NCBI GenBank assembly: GCA_965249575.1
Contig: OZ252244.1
Coordinates: 2,528,001 to 2,592,000 of the forward strand
From: Gemmatimonadales bacterium
GTDB taxonomy: Bacteria; Gemmatimonadota; Gemmatimonadetes; Gemmatimonadales; GWC2-71-9
Direction of reading: 5' to 3'
DNA: 64,000 nucleotides
This document shows positions 17,798-26,900 of the stretch, piece after piece. Below the pieces are notes generated by a model, which saw nothing but the letters and a program-made list of their open reading frames with translations, ran no database searches and had not been told where the DNA came from. The position numbers were made by a program, and so were the translations under genes. How positions within the stretch are numbered: position 1 is the first letter of the stretch; each line of letters begins with the position of its first letter.

Positions 17798-18346
17798 GTG
17801 AGCAAGGGATTCTTGGTGACAGCCGGTGTATTGGTCGGCGCGCCCATCGCCTGGGCGCTGCTTTCGTACGGGACGGTCGCGCCCTGTCAGATGGCGGCGA
17901 AGGAAGCCGCCCGGCAGATCGTTCGAGAGACGGCGGCGGAGTCCAACCCATTGGCCACGATGGCGGCCGGTGCGATGGCGACCGCGGGCGAGCGGACGGC
18001 GGAGGCGCAGGTCAGCGAACGGGGCCTCCTGTGGTGTGCCCAGACCGTGTTCGTATTGAAGACCGGGGGCAGAGAACGTGCTTACCTCGCGACGATGCAG
18101 TCCGATCTTCGGAACCTGATCACCGCAGAAGGAGCATACTACCAAGACAACGGAGCGTATACCACCTCCCTGCGACCCTCGTGGTACACGGTTTCGGGCG
18201 GCGTGACCGCGCCAATCATCACCGTTACGGCCGATGGCTTCACCGCGTCGGTCGGTCACAACCTGACTACAAAGACCTGCGCGGTCTATGTGGGAACGAC
18301 CACGTTGGCCCCAGCGACCAGGAAAGGCGAGCCCGCCTGCTGGTAA
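17798..18346 (+). CDS. Membrane-anchored protein with a type IV pilin globular domain
   Basis: RERAYLATMQSDLRNLITAEGAYY...SGGVT...TKTCAVYVG...EPAC. Confidence 0.7.
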   Translation: MSKGFLVTAGVLVGAPIAWALLSYGTVAPCQMAAKEAARQIVRETAAESNPLATMAAGAMATAGERTAEAQVSERGLLWCAQTVFVLKTGGRERAYLATMQSDLRNLITAEGAYYQDNGAYTTSLRPSWYTVSGGVTAPIITVTADGFTASVGHNLTTKTCAVYVGTTTLAPATRKGEPACW

Positions 18347-18777
18347 GCCTCTTAGTGGTTATCGTTCTCGTGATCTCGGTCCCACAACCAACGCGCGCCC
18401 AGGAGAACCGCTGCCGGCAGCCGTCGAAGCGGGCTATCGAAGACATCCGATCTACGCTCGACATCAACGGACCCTACAAGATCATCCGCACTGCGGCAAT
18501 CAACTCAACCGACCACGCTAACTTCCGCCTTGTTGCCATCACCTTTACGGCGGCAGGCATCGAGACACCCGAGACCCTGGTGTTCTTGGTCTCGGGGAAA
18601 GTCGGTACACCACCCGGCATGTACCTGGCAGGTGACGCGATGACAAAAAACTTCAGCGTCGTCCCGCGGGCCCGAGACACACGAGCCGGTGCCGTCCGCG
18701 GGACGACCAGCTACAACCTCATTGAGACGTTGCAGCGGAGAGAGAAAGACACGGTGACGCATGAACAAGACGATTGA
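18337..18777 (+). CDS. Putative secreted protein (start uncertain)
   Basis: Hydrophobic LLVSLLVVIVLVI...TRA-Q signal-like segment. Confidence 0.45.
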   Translation: MLVSLLVVIVLVISVPQPTRAQENRCRQPSKRAIEDIRSTLDINGPYKIIRTAAINSTDHANFRLVAITFTAAGIETPETLVFLVSGKVGTPPGMYLAGDAMTKNFSVVPRARDTRAGAVRGTTSYNLIETLQRREKDTVTHEQDD

Positions 18778-19165
18778 CTACTACCGATCGCTGCCGTACA
18801 CCCGTCTCGCCACGCCTGTGGATGAGGGCGATGGGTCGAGGCCCTATTGGGTCGCGTACGTCGTGGAGCTCACGGGGTGCAAGACCGATGGCGCGTCGAA
18901 ACCGGAGGCGATGCGGAATCTCGACGACGCCTTCGACGAGTTCATCGAGGCGAAGCTCGCCTGGGGAAGCGCGATTCCCGAGCCAGCCCGAATCCCACAC
19001 GGAAAGCCCATAGCCAGGGGAAGGGTTGTCGCCCAATGGATTCAGAAAAACACCGATCTCGAACAATGGCTCGCTGCGACCGACCGGCGGGTCGCGGTCC
19101 GCGTGACGGACCGAGGGAGTGAACGGCTGCCGGAGGAAACGAGCGAAACGGCCCTCGTGGCCTAG
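18761..19165 (+). CDS. HicB-family antitoxin (no intact HicA)
   Basis: YYRSLPY...WVAYVVELTGCKTDG...EAMRNL...IPEP. Confidence 0.8.
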   Translation: MNKTIDYYRSLPYTRLATPVDEGDGSRPYWVAYVVELTGCKTDGASKPEAMRNLDDAFDEFIEAKLAWGSAIPEPARIPHGKPIARGRVVAQWIQKNTDLEQWLAATDRRVAVRVTDRGSERLPEETSETALVA

Positions 19166-19223
19166 TAGCTGGGGTTCAGCGGAAATGAGAAGCGGGCGAT
19201 TCCCGGCCCCGTGGTGGCGGCCG

Positions 19224-19303
19224 TCACCTGCTGGCTCGAGGTGCAGCGGCGGGAGGCAACGGTCGGGGGTTGACGGATTCGTACGGACCCTGCCGATTAT
19301 AGA
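19224..19303 (+). repeat. 80-bp HTH-tail + promoter unit, copy 1
   Basis: 64/80 ungapped identity with 20910-20989; TTGACG-19-GATTAT. Confidence 0.85.
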
Positions 19304-19388
19304 TAGGATACCGAGGGTGGCGAGCCTTGCTCAGGCACAAAGATTGCCGTGTGGTGTACGAGACGACCCCCAGCAACGGAACGGACGA

Positions 19389-19625
19389 ATGAACCCTCGC
19401 TTTGCCGATTCGATTCTCGCCTTTCTCGTTGGATATGCGAGCATCTTGAACCTGTGTCCCATGCTGCGCAATCCGGCCTCACTGCACCTCGAGGTGTCCG
19501 GACAGTCGGTCAAGAACGAGGATTTCGTGGCCGTTGGTCTGGACTGGGCGCAGGTCAGCGAGGACACGAAACTCGCCTTCCAGCGCCTCGCCGACGAAAT
19601 GGAGCTTGAGCCCGAGGCCGCGTGA
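19389..19625 (+). CDS. Small hypothetical protein
   Basis: FLVGYASILNL...DWAQVSED...A pattern; first gene after repeat promoter. Confidence 0.55.
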   Translation: MNPRFADSILAFLVGYASILNLCPMLRNPASLHLEVSGQSVKNEDFVAVGLDWAQVSEDTKLAFQRLADEMELEPEAA

Positions 19626-19696
19626 GCCAGAAGAAGCGAAAAGAAAAGAAACACGCGGGCCATAGCCCCGTGGGCCTGGCGGTGATGTTCACAGCG

Positions 19697-19768
19697 ATCG
19701 CGCCGGATGTTCGTTTTCCCGTCGCCATGGATATACATGTTCATCTTGGCAATTCCTGATAGCATCCG
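19697..19768 (-). pseudogene. Fragment of an N6-adenine DNA methyltransferase (HsdM-like)
   Basis: IAKMNMYIHGDGKTNI signature with no flanking MTase sequence. Confidence 0.55.
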
Positions 19769-19868
19769 TGGGTATTGACAAAGCGGCAACTGGTCGCCCC
19801 TTTCGTGTCAGCACGATTGTGAACTTTTTCACGAGACAGGCAGCCCGCCAAGGTCGGGAGATCGCACA

Positions 19869-20120
19869 ATGGCCCGTGTACAGTTGCGAGACAGATGGGT
19901 TGAGGGCGACGACGTTTCGTTCAACACGCTGTCGGAGAGTTGGAACGAATACCAACTCGAAGACGGTACGGAGATCCGAGTGAAGGTGGTAGTCAAGCGA
20001 ATGGTGCGCACCGTGGAGCGCAATGCGGCGGGTGAGCCCATCTACGTAATCCAGTCACAGAACGTTCTCGATGCCCGCGTAGCAGAGGATTTGATTGAGG
20101 CACCACAAGATGACGACTGA
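19869..20120 (+). CDS. Small beta-rich hypothetical protein heading a TA operon
   Basis: ESWNEYQLEDGTEIRVK...GEPIYVIQSQN; GGGAG RBS; overlaps DUF433 gene. Confidence 0.7.
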   Translation: MARVQLRDRWVEGDDVSFNTLSESWNEYQLEDGTEIRVKVVVKRMVRTVERNAAGEPIYVIQSQNVLDARVAEDLIEAPQDDD

Positions 20121-20418
20121 ACTAGAATGGGGCCGTGCAGATACCACAGCCTGGCTGCCCTCGGGTACGGGCAACGTGATCGTATCGGGCATACTCGAAG
20201 CGGATCGTCATCGCATGTGGGGGAACAGGACGATTCGGGGTACGCGAGTGCCGCTCTTTCGAATCATTGAACTCTACGACGCCGGATACACAGTCGAGGA
20301 GATCGGCGACCAAATCTATCCCCACGTGGGAGTGCAACGAGTGGAAGCGGCGCTCCGAGAAGCTGGATATGATTTCCTCAACACGCTGGACAACCCGATC
20401 CTAGCAGCTGCCTCGTAG
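20110..20418 (+). CDS. DUF433 antitoxin (VapB45-like)
   Basis: IRGTRVP...GYTVEEI...YPH...VEAAL. Confidence 0.8.
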   Translation: MTTELEWGRADTTAWLPSGTGNVIVSGILEADRHRMWGNRTIRGTRVPLFRIIELYDAGYTVEEIGDQIYPHVGVQRVEAALREAGYDFLNTLDNPILAAAS

Positions 20419-20424
20419 GGGGCA

Positions 20425-20817
20425 TTGCCACCGGTGCGGCTGCTGGCCAACGAATGTGTCGAACCGCCTGTGGCTGGGTTCCTCCGCATGGCTGGATTCA
20501 ACGTCGAAACCATTCTTGACCATTGCCCCCCAGGGGCAGGCGACCAGGAAGTGCTCCAACGAGCGTTCGAGCTCAATCGAACGCTCTTGACGTACAACCG
20601 AGATGGCCGCGAGTTTGGAGCACTGAACGCCGACCACCCGGGGCTGGCCATTGTGAATTGTCGCGTGACCGACTTCCAGACCCTTGGAGACCTGATCTTC
20701 CAGTCGCTTGTTGCGGTTCCGATTGACCGAGGAGATGTCTACATCATCGAGCCGGGTCGCATACGTATTCACCGGGTAGACGGATCATCCGCTACGTTCG
20801 CTGTGTCGAATATGTAA
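20425..20817 (+). CDS. DUF5615 PIN-like toxin (VapC45-like)
   Basis: LLANECV...GAGDQEVL...RTLLTYNRD...FG...HPG. Confidence 0.8.
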   Translation: MPPVRLLANECVEPPVAGFLRMAGFNVETILDHCPPGAGDQEVLQRAFELNRTLLTYNRDGREFGALNADHPGLAIVNCRVTDFQTLGDLIFQSLVAVPIDRGDVYIIEPGRIRIHRVDGSSATFAVSNM

Positions 20818-20823
20818 TTGCTT

Positions 20824-20910
20824 CTACCCCTCCTTCGCCTTCAACGCCCCGACCACGCCAGGCACGATTTTCTCCGCACTCCGCCCGATCACGTAGCCGC
20901 CCAACCCGAT
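20824..20910 (-). pseudogene. C-terminal relic of a 3TM-type holin
   Basis: Minus-strand frame reads IGLGGYVIGRSAEKIVPGVVGALKAKEG*. Confidence 0.6.
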
Positions 20911-20989
20911 CACCTGCTGGCTCGAGATTCAGCGGCGGAAGGCGAAAGTCGGGGGTTGACGAATCTCGGGCCAACCTGCCGATTATAGA
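20910..20989 (+). repeat. 80-bp HTH-tail + promoter unit, copy 2
   Basis: 64/80 with copy 1; TTGACG-19-GATTAT. Confidence 0.85.
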
Positions 20990-21292
20990 CACACAGGTGA
21001 CATCGCCTCATCACTCGACACAGACCGGGCGCGCGTGACCCGACGAGCCGGATGGCGAAGAAAAGCCGAAGCGCGCCTGACCCGTACTGTCGTTCAGATC
21101 ATTGACATCCTCTGCCATGGAGCGATTTTTTGCGGCATATGTCTTGGTCGTCGCGGGCTGTGATTGGCTGCGCCGCGAGTTCGCTGGCGGACCAGGAGCT
21201 GTCGCGGCGGGTATAGCAGAAACGTGGTTCGGGTTCGTCTTTCTACATCGACTGTGGTTTGAATGGATGACGCGCGGGAGGAAGCGACCCTA

Positions 21293-21832
21293 ATGACCGA
21301 GGCGAACCGTAGTTGGGGAGAGAACCTCGTGGCGTATCTGCAGTCACTTCTTCGCCTCGAGTGGCATTTTCTCGCCCCATCACTCGTCGCCCTGGCCGGC
21401 CTGTTGCCGTTCGCCCTGTTTGGTATGGGCAGAGCCGGCACCATCGCAGGCGCGATGTGGGCTGTGATCTACGTCTTCATTATCGGCTGGAGTGTGCCGC
21501 TTTACTTGCTGTCTATTCGGGATGCCGTCCGGGTGCTGTTCGGCAAGGAGGCGCGGTTTCTCGCCCTGGTGGAGCGAGCACTGGCCGATAGGGGGCCGGA
21601 CTTCGAGCTGCGAATCTTCATGTATCTCGGCACGTTCATGAATCCGCTCTGGGTGACGGGCGTGCTTTCCATGTGGTTTGTCCAGCAGCGCGGGCAGGTG
21701 ACGAAGTCCGATGGCGAGGAAGGGAGTCACGTTGGACCCTCGGAAGTCGCGATCTATTATCAGGTCCAGCGGAGCGAGCCGTTCATGAGACCGCGGGACA
21801 GCGATCCCCATATGCCAGTGGTTGTTGGCTGA
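21293..21832 (+). CDS. Multi-TM membrane cargo protein
   Basis: About 3 hydrophobic segments; GGAGG RBS; TAATG coupling to a 63-aa ORF. Confidence 0.6.
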   Translation: MTEANRSWGENLVAYLQSLLRLEWHFLAPSLVALAGLLPFALFGMGRAGTIAGAMWAVIYVFIIGWSVPLYLLSIRDAVRVLFGKEARFLALVERALADRGPDFELRIFMYLGTFMNPLWVTGVLSMWFVQQRGQVTKSDGEEGSHVGPSEVAIYYQVQRSEPFMRPRDSDPHMPVVVG

Positions 21833-21852
21833 CCGAGCTTTCGGGCTTCACG

Positions 21853-22446
21853 CTACCGTAGCAGCTCCCATCCCACAATCCCGACGGCCACGAACGGCAG
21901 CGAGCGGCTGAGCCTGGTGAGGAAGCCGGGCGAGGCCCGGCTCCGTTCCGTGGCGAGCAGGGCTTCCGTCGACTCGAGCAGGGCGGTGAGCTCGCCGACG
22001 GTCGAGTCGCGCCGCGCGAGTGAGGAATCCTTCGCGGCCACGATGGCCTCGCAGGTGCGGAGCGCGAGCGTGCAGCTGGCGACCTGGTCCTCGAACGCCG
22101 TGACGGTCTGGTTCACGATCACCACGACGGAATCCGGCACGGTGGAATCGGCGAGCACGGAATCGAGCTGCCCGGTGAGGCGCTGGGTTTCTCGGGACGC
22201 TCGAGCGAACTGACGCCGTTGGGTGGCGAGAGAATCGGTCAGCCGCTGGATCCGGACGACGGCGAGACTCTCCGCGATCGCGCGCGCGCCTTGGATGGTG
22301 GCGAGCTCCGTCTTCGCGTGTGCGAGGCTGTCGGCCCGGACATCGGCCAGCGTCTCCGCCCGGACCTGCGCATCGTGACTGCGGAGCCAGAACCACCCCA
22401 TGGCGAGGACGACGCCAAGCAGCGTCGGGCTGAGGAAACGCGTCAC
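21853..22446 (-). CDS. Spanin-like (Rz-like) coiled-coil membrane protein
   Basis: N-terminal TM, long coiled coil, end of lysis cassette. Confidence 0.6.
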   Translation of the reverse strand: MTRFLSPTLLGVVLAMGWFWLRSHDAQVRAETLADVRADSLAHAKTELATIQGARAIAESLAVVRIQRLTDSLATQRRQFARASRETQRLTGQLDSVLADSTVPDSVVVIVNQTVTAFEDQVASCTLALRTCEAIVAAKDSSLARRDSTVGELTALLESTEALLATERSRASPGFLTRLSRSLPFVAVGIVGWELLR

Positions 22447-22682
22447 GGCGCGTCCTTGAACAGCTCTCGCTCCCACTTCGGTCGCAGCCGTGGCGTGTTG
22501 AACAGGCTGTCGATCCACCCGGCGAGGGACTGCGCTTCGCGCGCGGCACTCGCGCTGTAGGCGACGGCTTGGTCAATCCGGCGAGCCAACTCGAGCTGTC
22601 GCTGCACGACCATCCCTCCCCAGAAGCAGAGGATGCCAAAGGTGAGAAAGAGGGTGGCCGTGAACGCAATCCACGGCCACAC
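22443..22682 (-). CDS. Small membrane protein in lysis cassette
   Basis: Single TM; overlaps spanin start. Confidence 0.45.
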   Translation of the reverse strand: MWPWIAFTATLFLTFGILCFWGGMVVQRQLELARRIDQAVAYSASAAREAQSLAGWIDSLFNTPRLRPKWERELFKDAP

Positions 22683-22687
22683 GACGA

Positions 22688-23107
22688 CTAGTCGGGTCCG
22701 GACCAGTCGCCCGCCTGGAGGTTCGTGATCGTGAGCGTGGGGGCCTCCAGCTGATCCAACGCCAGCATGAACCGCTCGAACGCCGGCCGGCTGAAGGTCA
22801 CCGCCCACGTGTCATTCACCCACCCAAGCTTCAAGCCCGGCCCGATACAGCCCAGCACGTCGGCCATCGTATTCGCGATGTGGATCTTGATCAGCGAGCG
22901 GTTCGGGACGTTCAGGACCTCGTAGGCGTCGTAGTTCCCGCGGTGATAGCGGCCCCGCTCGAGTGGATACGTGCCGACCGGGATGCAGGATTTCCGCGGT
23001 GCGTTGTCGTGCCAGGGCCGCTCGACCGTGAAGCAGGTGAACCCCTCGAGCTCCAGCCGGCCGAACGTGCCCATCGGCGTGTAGGCGAACCGCTCGAGGA
23101 CGATCAC
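22688..23107 (-). CDS. DUF5675-family putative endolysin
   Basis: GTFGRL...TVERPW...SCIPVGTY...VPNRS.IKIH.AN...GCI. Confidence 0.8.
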   Translation of the reverse strand: MIVLERFAYTPMGTFGRLELEGFTCFTVERPWHDNAPRKSCIPVGTYPLERGRYHRGNYDAYEVLNVPNRSLIKIHIANTMADVLGCIGPGLKLGWVNDTWAVTFSRPAFERFMLALDQLEAPTLTITNLQAGDWSGPD

Positions 23108-23424
23108 TCGTCCTTCGTCTGCGCCGTGGGCCCGGTCAACGTCTTCGCCTTGCTGGCGATCGTCGGGATCTTGTCCACCAGGCCGCTCCACACCTTCCCG
23201 GCCGTCTGCTTGCCCAACATCTTCGGCGCAACGCAGACCGCGCAGAAGGCGAGTTGGATGACGGCGTAGAGGAGGTCGAGTCCTTCGGTGCAGCCGTCGG
23301 GCCCGCAGAAGCCCAACCGCCGGGCCGTTTCGCCAACGAAGAACATGAGCGCGACCGCGAGGCCGATGATGAACCCCACGTTCTCGAGCGCGCGGGAGAG
23401 GGGATGGTCACCGTTCTGCGTCAT
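23104..23424 (-). CDS. Putative holin (2 TM)
   Basis: Two TM segments, directly upstream of endolysin. Confidence 0.5.
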   Translation of the reverse strand: MTQNGDHPLSRALENVGFIIGLAVALMFFVGETARRLGFCGPDGCTEGLDLLYAVIQLAFCAVCVAPKMLGKQTAGKVWSGLVDKIPTIASKAKTLTGPTAQTKDE

Positions 23425-23762
23425 GGACTCCTCCGCGCGGGCTGCCGGAACGGCTCGGGGATCACACAGTCCTGCCACTGGCCGAACCGCACGGAATCCT
23501 GCGTCGCGATCATCACACAGAGGATCTGGCCGGTGACGGTCACCACCGAATCCAGCCGCGCGCGGGTCTCGTCCCGCTCCCCGGCGGCCGCCCCCTGCTC
23601 CGCCTCCACCGTGGCGACGCGGTCGGGGAGCTGCAGGTAGCCACCCACCGCCAACGCGGCGAACCCGCCGGCAGTGAAGATGGCCCCCCCCGCCAAGACG
23701 GTCTGCCAGATCTGCGGCAGCCGCGCGAGGGCCGCGATCAGCGGACCCGACTCACGAGCCAC
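23421..23762 (-). CDS. Membrane protein in lysis region
   Basis: TM plus short coiled coil. Confidence 0.5.
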   Translation of the reverse strand: MARESGPLIAALARLPQIWQTVLAGGAIFTAGGFAALAVGGYLQLPDRVATVEAEQGAAAGERDETRARLDSVVTVTGQILCVMIATQDSVRFGQWQDCVIPEPFRQPARRSP

Positions 23763-23991
23763 GCTGTCCGTTCGGCTCCGGCCGCTGGTAGAGCACCAGG
23801 TCGTCGAGGTTCAAGAAGATCCCCTCCGTGGGCTCGGCCATCCGGACGAGCCGATGCAGGCGGCCAAGGATCGCGTTCCGTCGCGCCTCGACGCGGCGCA
23901 ATGCCTCGAGTTCCGGCCGGATCAGACTGCGCTCGACATCGGTAAGCTCGCGGAGCTTCGTGCCCGGAGGCGGCGTCGGAGTGTCTGCCAT
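23752..23991 (-). CDS. Phage hypothetical protein
   Basis: 79 aa, AGGAG RBS. Confidence 0.55.
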   Translation of the reverse strand: MADTPTPPPGTKLRELTDVERSLIRPELEALRRVEARRNAILGRLHRLVRMAEPTEGIFLNLDDLVLYQRPEPNGQRGS

Positions 23992-26900
23992 AGGGTCTCC
24001 TGTTCCAGCTCGGTCACGCGCGCCGCCACCTGCCGGACGGCACCAATGACGAGCATGTGCGTTCGGGACCAGTTGATGAAGTGATGGCCGTCGGCGTTGA
24101 ACGTGACCAGGCGCAACCGCTCGAGTTCGGGCCGGTGCGCTTCGAGCGTCGCGCGGAAGTGCTCACGGAGTGGGTCGCCCGGTCGGCTCACGCCAGCCGA
24201 CAGCGCGTCGAGGAGGACCACGTCGGGGTAGGGGTCGAAGTTGGTCCACACGGTCCCGACATCTTGGTGGGAGTCGCCGTCCGCGTCGAGAATGAAGCGC
24301 GTCGTGTTCCCACCGAGGGTGAAGGCGCAGAGGTTCTCGTTCGTGCCGAGGTTCTGAACCGTCGTGCCGTTCTTCTTTTCGGCATGAATCATCACCGGGG
24401 CTTTCCCGCTGGCACTCTTGGTCGTCATCCCGGTGCCGGCCACGCCAAAGAGCTCGGCACCGATGAACGATCCAGTCTCGACAAACCCTCGGATCTGGAT
24501 CCCACCCTGGAAGCCGGCGAACTTCCGAATCGCCGCGTACACGTCCGTCGGGATGATCGACGTCATGCCATGCGCCACATCTGAACTCGCGAACCGGAGG
24601 ATGTCCCCGTCCTGGCCGCCCTGGTCGAGCTTGAGGAGCGGGCTCGCCTGGCCGACGATCGTGACGGCATCGCCGAACCGGACCTTCCCGAGGTTGGTGT
24701 AGATCGCCCACGTGTTCGTGCCCACCGCACGGTCGGGGATGTAGAGGCCGTAGCTGTTCGTGAGCGCACCGGCCGGCAAGCTCGGATCGGAGAGAAAGGC
24801 GCCGTAGTAATTCGTGACGGTCCCGCTGCCCGAGAGGGTGGCATCGACGACGAACGCCGCGTACTCGAGGCCGGTGAACCCGCCCTTCGCGAGCTCGGTG
24901 CCGACCCGCACGCCGATCGAGTTGGGTTGGTCGTTCGCGGTCGCGGTGATCCTCCCCTCGACCGCGAGCTGCCGCCTCCCGTTGCCCGAGTAGTTCGTCC
25001 CGATCTTGAGCGCCACGCCGGTCGTGGGACTGACCGCATCGCCGAGCGCCACACGGGTCGCCGAGAAGCTCTCGGCCGCGATGATCGCCCCCTGGGTGAT
25101 CGTGTTGCCATCGATCGCCGAGATGGCGGGGAGTGCGGGTGCGGCAATGTGCTGGACGATCGGTCCATCGGTATGGGCGAAACCCACATCGCCGACGAAG
25201 TTGGGCAGTCCCTCGTCGCGCGCCTGCGCTTGCACCGTGACCGTGTGCTTGACGTGACGCGTGAAGGTCACCCCGTTCTGGGGCGCGGCCAGCCAGGCCG
25301 TCCAGTCCGTCCAGTTCCCGGTATCGACCTTGGACCGATACCGGACCTTGAGCGGGCCCTGACCATTGTTGCCGAGGACCGCCGTCATGTTGACCGTCAA
25401 CGTGGTCGCCGTGAGCGAGCCGAAGGCGATCGTCGTCTCCGGCGGCCCGTCGAGGAGCGTCAGGTATTTTTCTTCGTAGAGGTCGGTCGACTCACCACCG
25501 GTGCCATCCGACTTCTCGTACGCCAGAATCGACAGGAACGCGTTCTGGGTCGGCAAGACCGAGATGATCGTCCCGGTCGTCGCGTTACCGCCCGTGCCCA
25601 GCGCCACGACGCCCGCGGCCTGCGTCGTCGCCCGACTCGGGAAGGCCGACGTGGACCCAGCCACCCGCACCGAACCGGCACTCTTACACTTCACCTGGAC
25701 GGTGATGTTGCCAGCATGGTCGCACAGCGCCTTGGCCGAGAGCACCTCGGGCCGACTGAAGCCGAGACGCGATAGGGCGGTGCTCCCTGCCTGAATGTTG
25801 GCGTACGACTGAATCCAGACCACGAACCGCGTTCCCCACACGTCCCGGATCGCTTGGATTCTCCCGAAGGCCCATACGGTCCCACGGAGAGCACGGGCCT
25901 GCAACGGATCGCTTGCCTGCGACGGATCTCTTGCTACGAACTGATCCGTCTCGATAGCAATGGCGTCCCCCAGCTCTAGCTCGGGATGCGGCCAGGAACT
26001 CCGGAACTCCCACAGGATCAGGCCGGTGCCGAAGGCGTTAACGAGACGTTGGCCAACCGACTGTGCGAGGGCCTGTGTGTCGATCCATTGGGACAGCGAC
26101 TTATCGACTTCGTACTTGTCGATCCGCGTGTTCCCCAGCGCCACGATCGCGTCGCCGGAGAACGCACGCTCCTCGTCTTCGAATTCGTCCGCGTCCGCGT
26201 TGTACTTCCACTTCACTCGTACATCGGTCAGGCGGGCACGGAATCCCGGCGTGACGTGAAGCGGCTCGACGATGCTCCGCGGGAAGATTGCGTGCACCTT
26301 CGTCGGTGCACCGTCGTTTACTTCGACGGCCTTCAAGCGGCCTTGCGACGTGATGGTGGTGTACTGTGCCAGGGCGGCGATGTTGTCGAGTTCTTCTTTG
26401 GCATCGCCGTCCTTGATCCCCCTGTGCGTGACCGTGGTAGAGTCATTGATCCCAGGGCCGCGGTGTTTGCCTGCGAGGCCCGCCTGTCCGTCCATCAGAT
26501 CGTCATAGACGGCCGTCAGTGTTTGGTTGGTGTACTGCAGCGCATCGACGGTCGATACCCCCACCTTCGGTAGCGCGGCCCGCATCGTGATGAGCGGCGA
26601 GACACAGTAGAAGCGATACCCACCGGGAATGAGGTCGTAGTCATCGACGAGGAACGTATCGATGTGCAGCCACTTACTGCGTGCGAGCGAACGGTGGCCG
26701 ATCGACAAGCGGAAGTTGATCGCCTCGAGATTGTGGGCGACCAGGATGTCCCCCATTGGATCGTTCGTGTCGCCGGGGGAACCGGTGGCGAGGACGACGA
26801 TGAGGGCTTCGGTGATCTTGCCTTTGAGCGTGATGGGATCGAACTGCTGGTCCAGTCCGTCGACCTCCGCAAAGTCGCTCAGGTCGTACAGCGTGAGATC

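Noticed and set aside
20425..20817. Asn at two usual Asp positions of the PIN toxin (LANE, TYNRD) as inactivation
   Set aside because: From recall such variants occur among DUF5615 proteins; not evidence without an alignment
19224..20989. Imperfect repeat pair as DGR template/variable repeat or integron attC sites
   Set aside because: No reverse transcriptase, mismatches are not adenine-specific, and no attC-like palindrome or integron integrase
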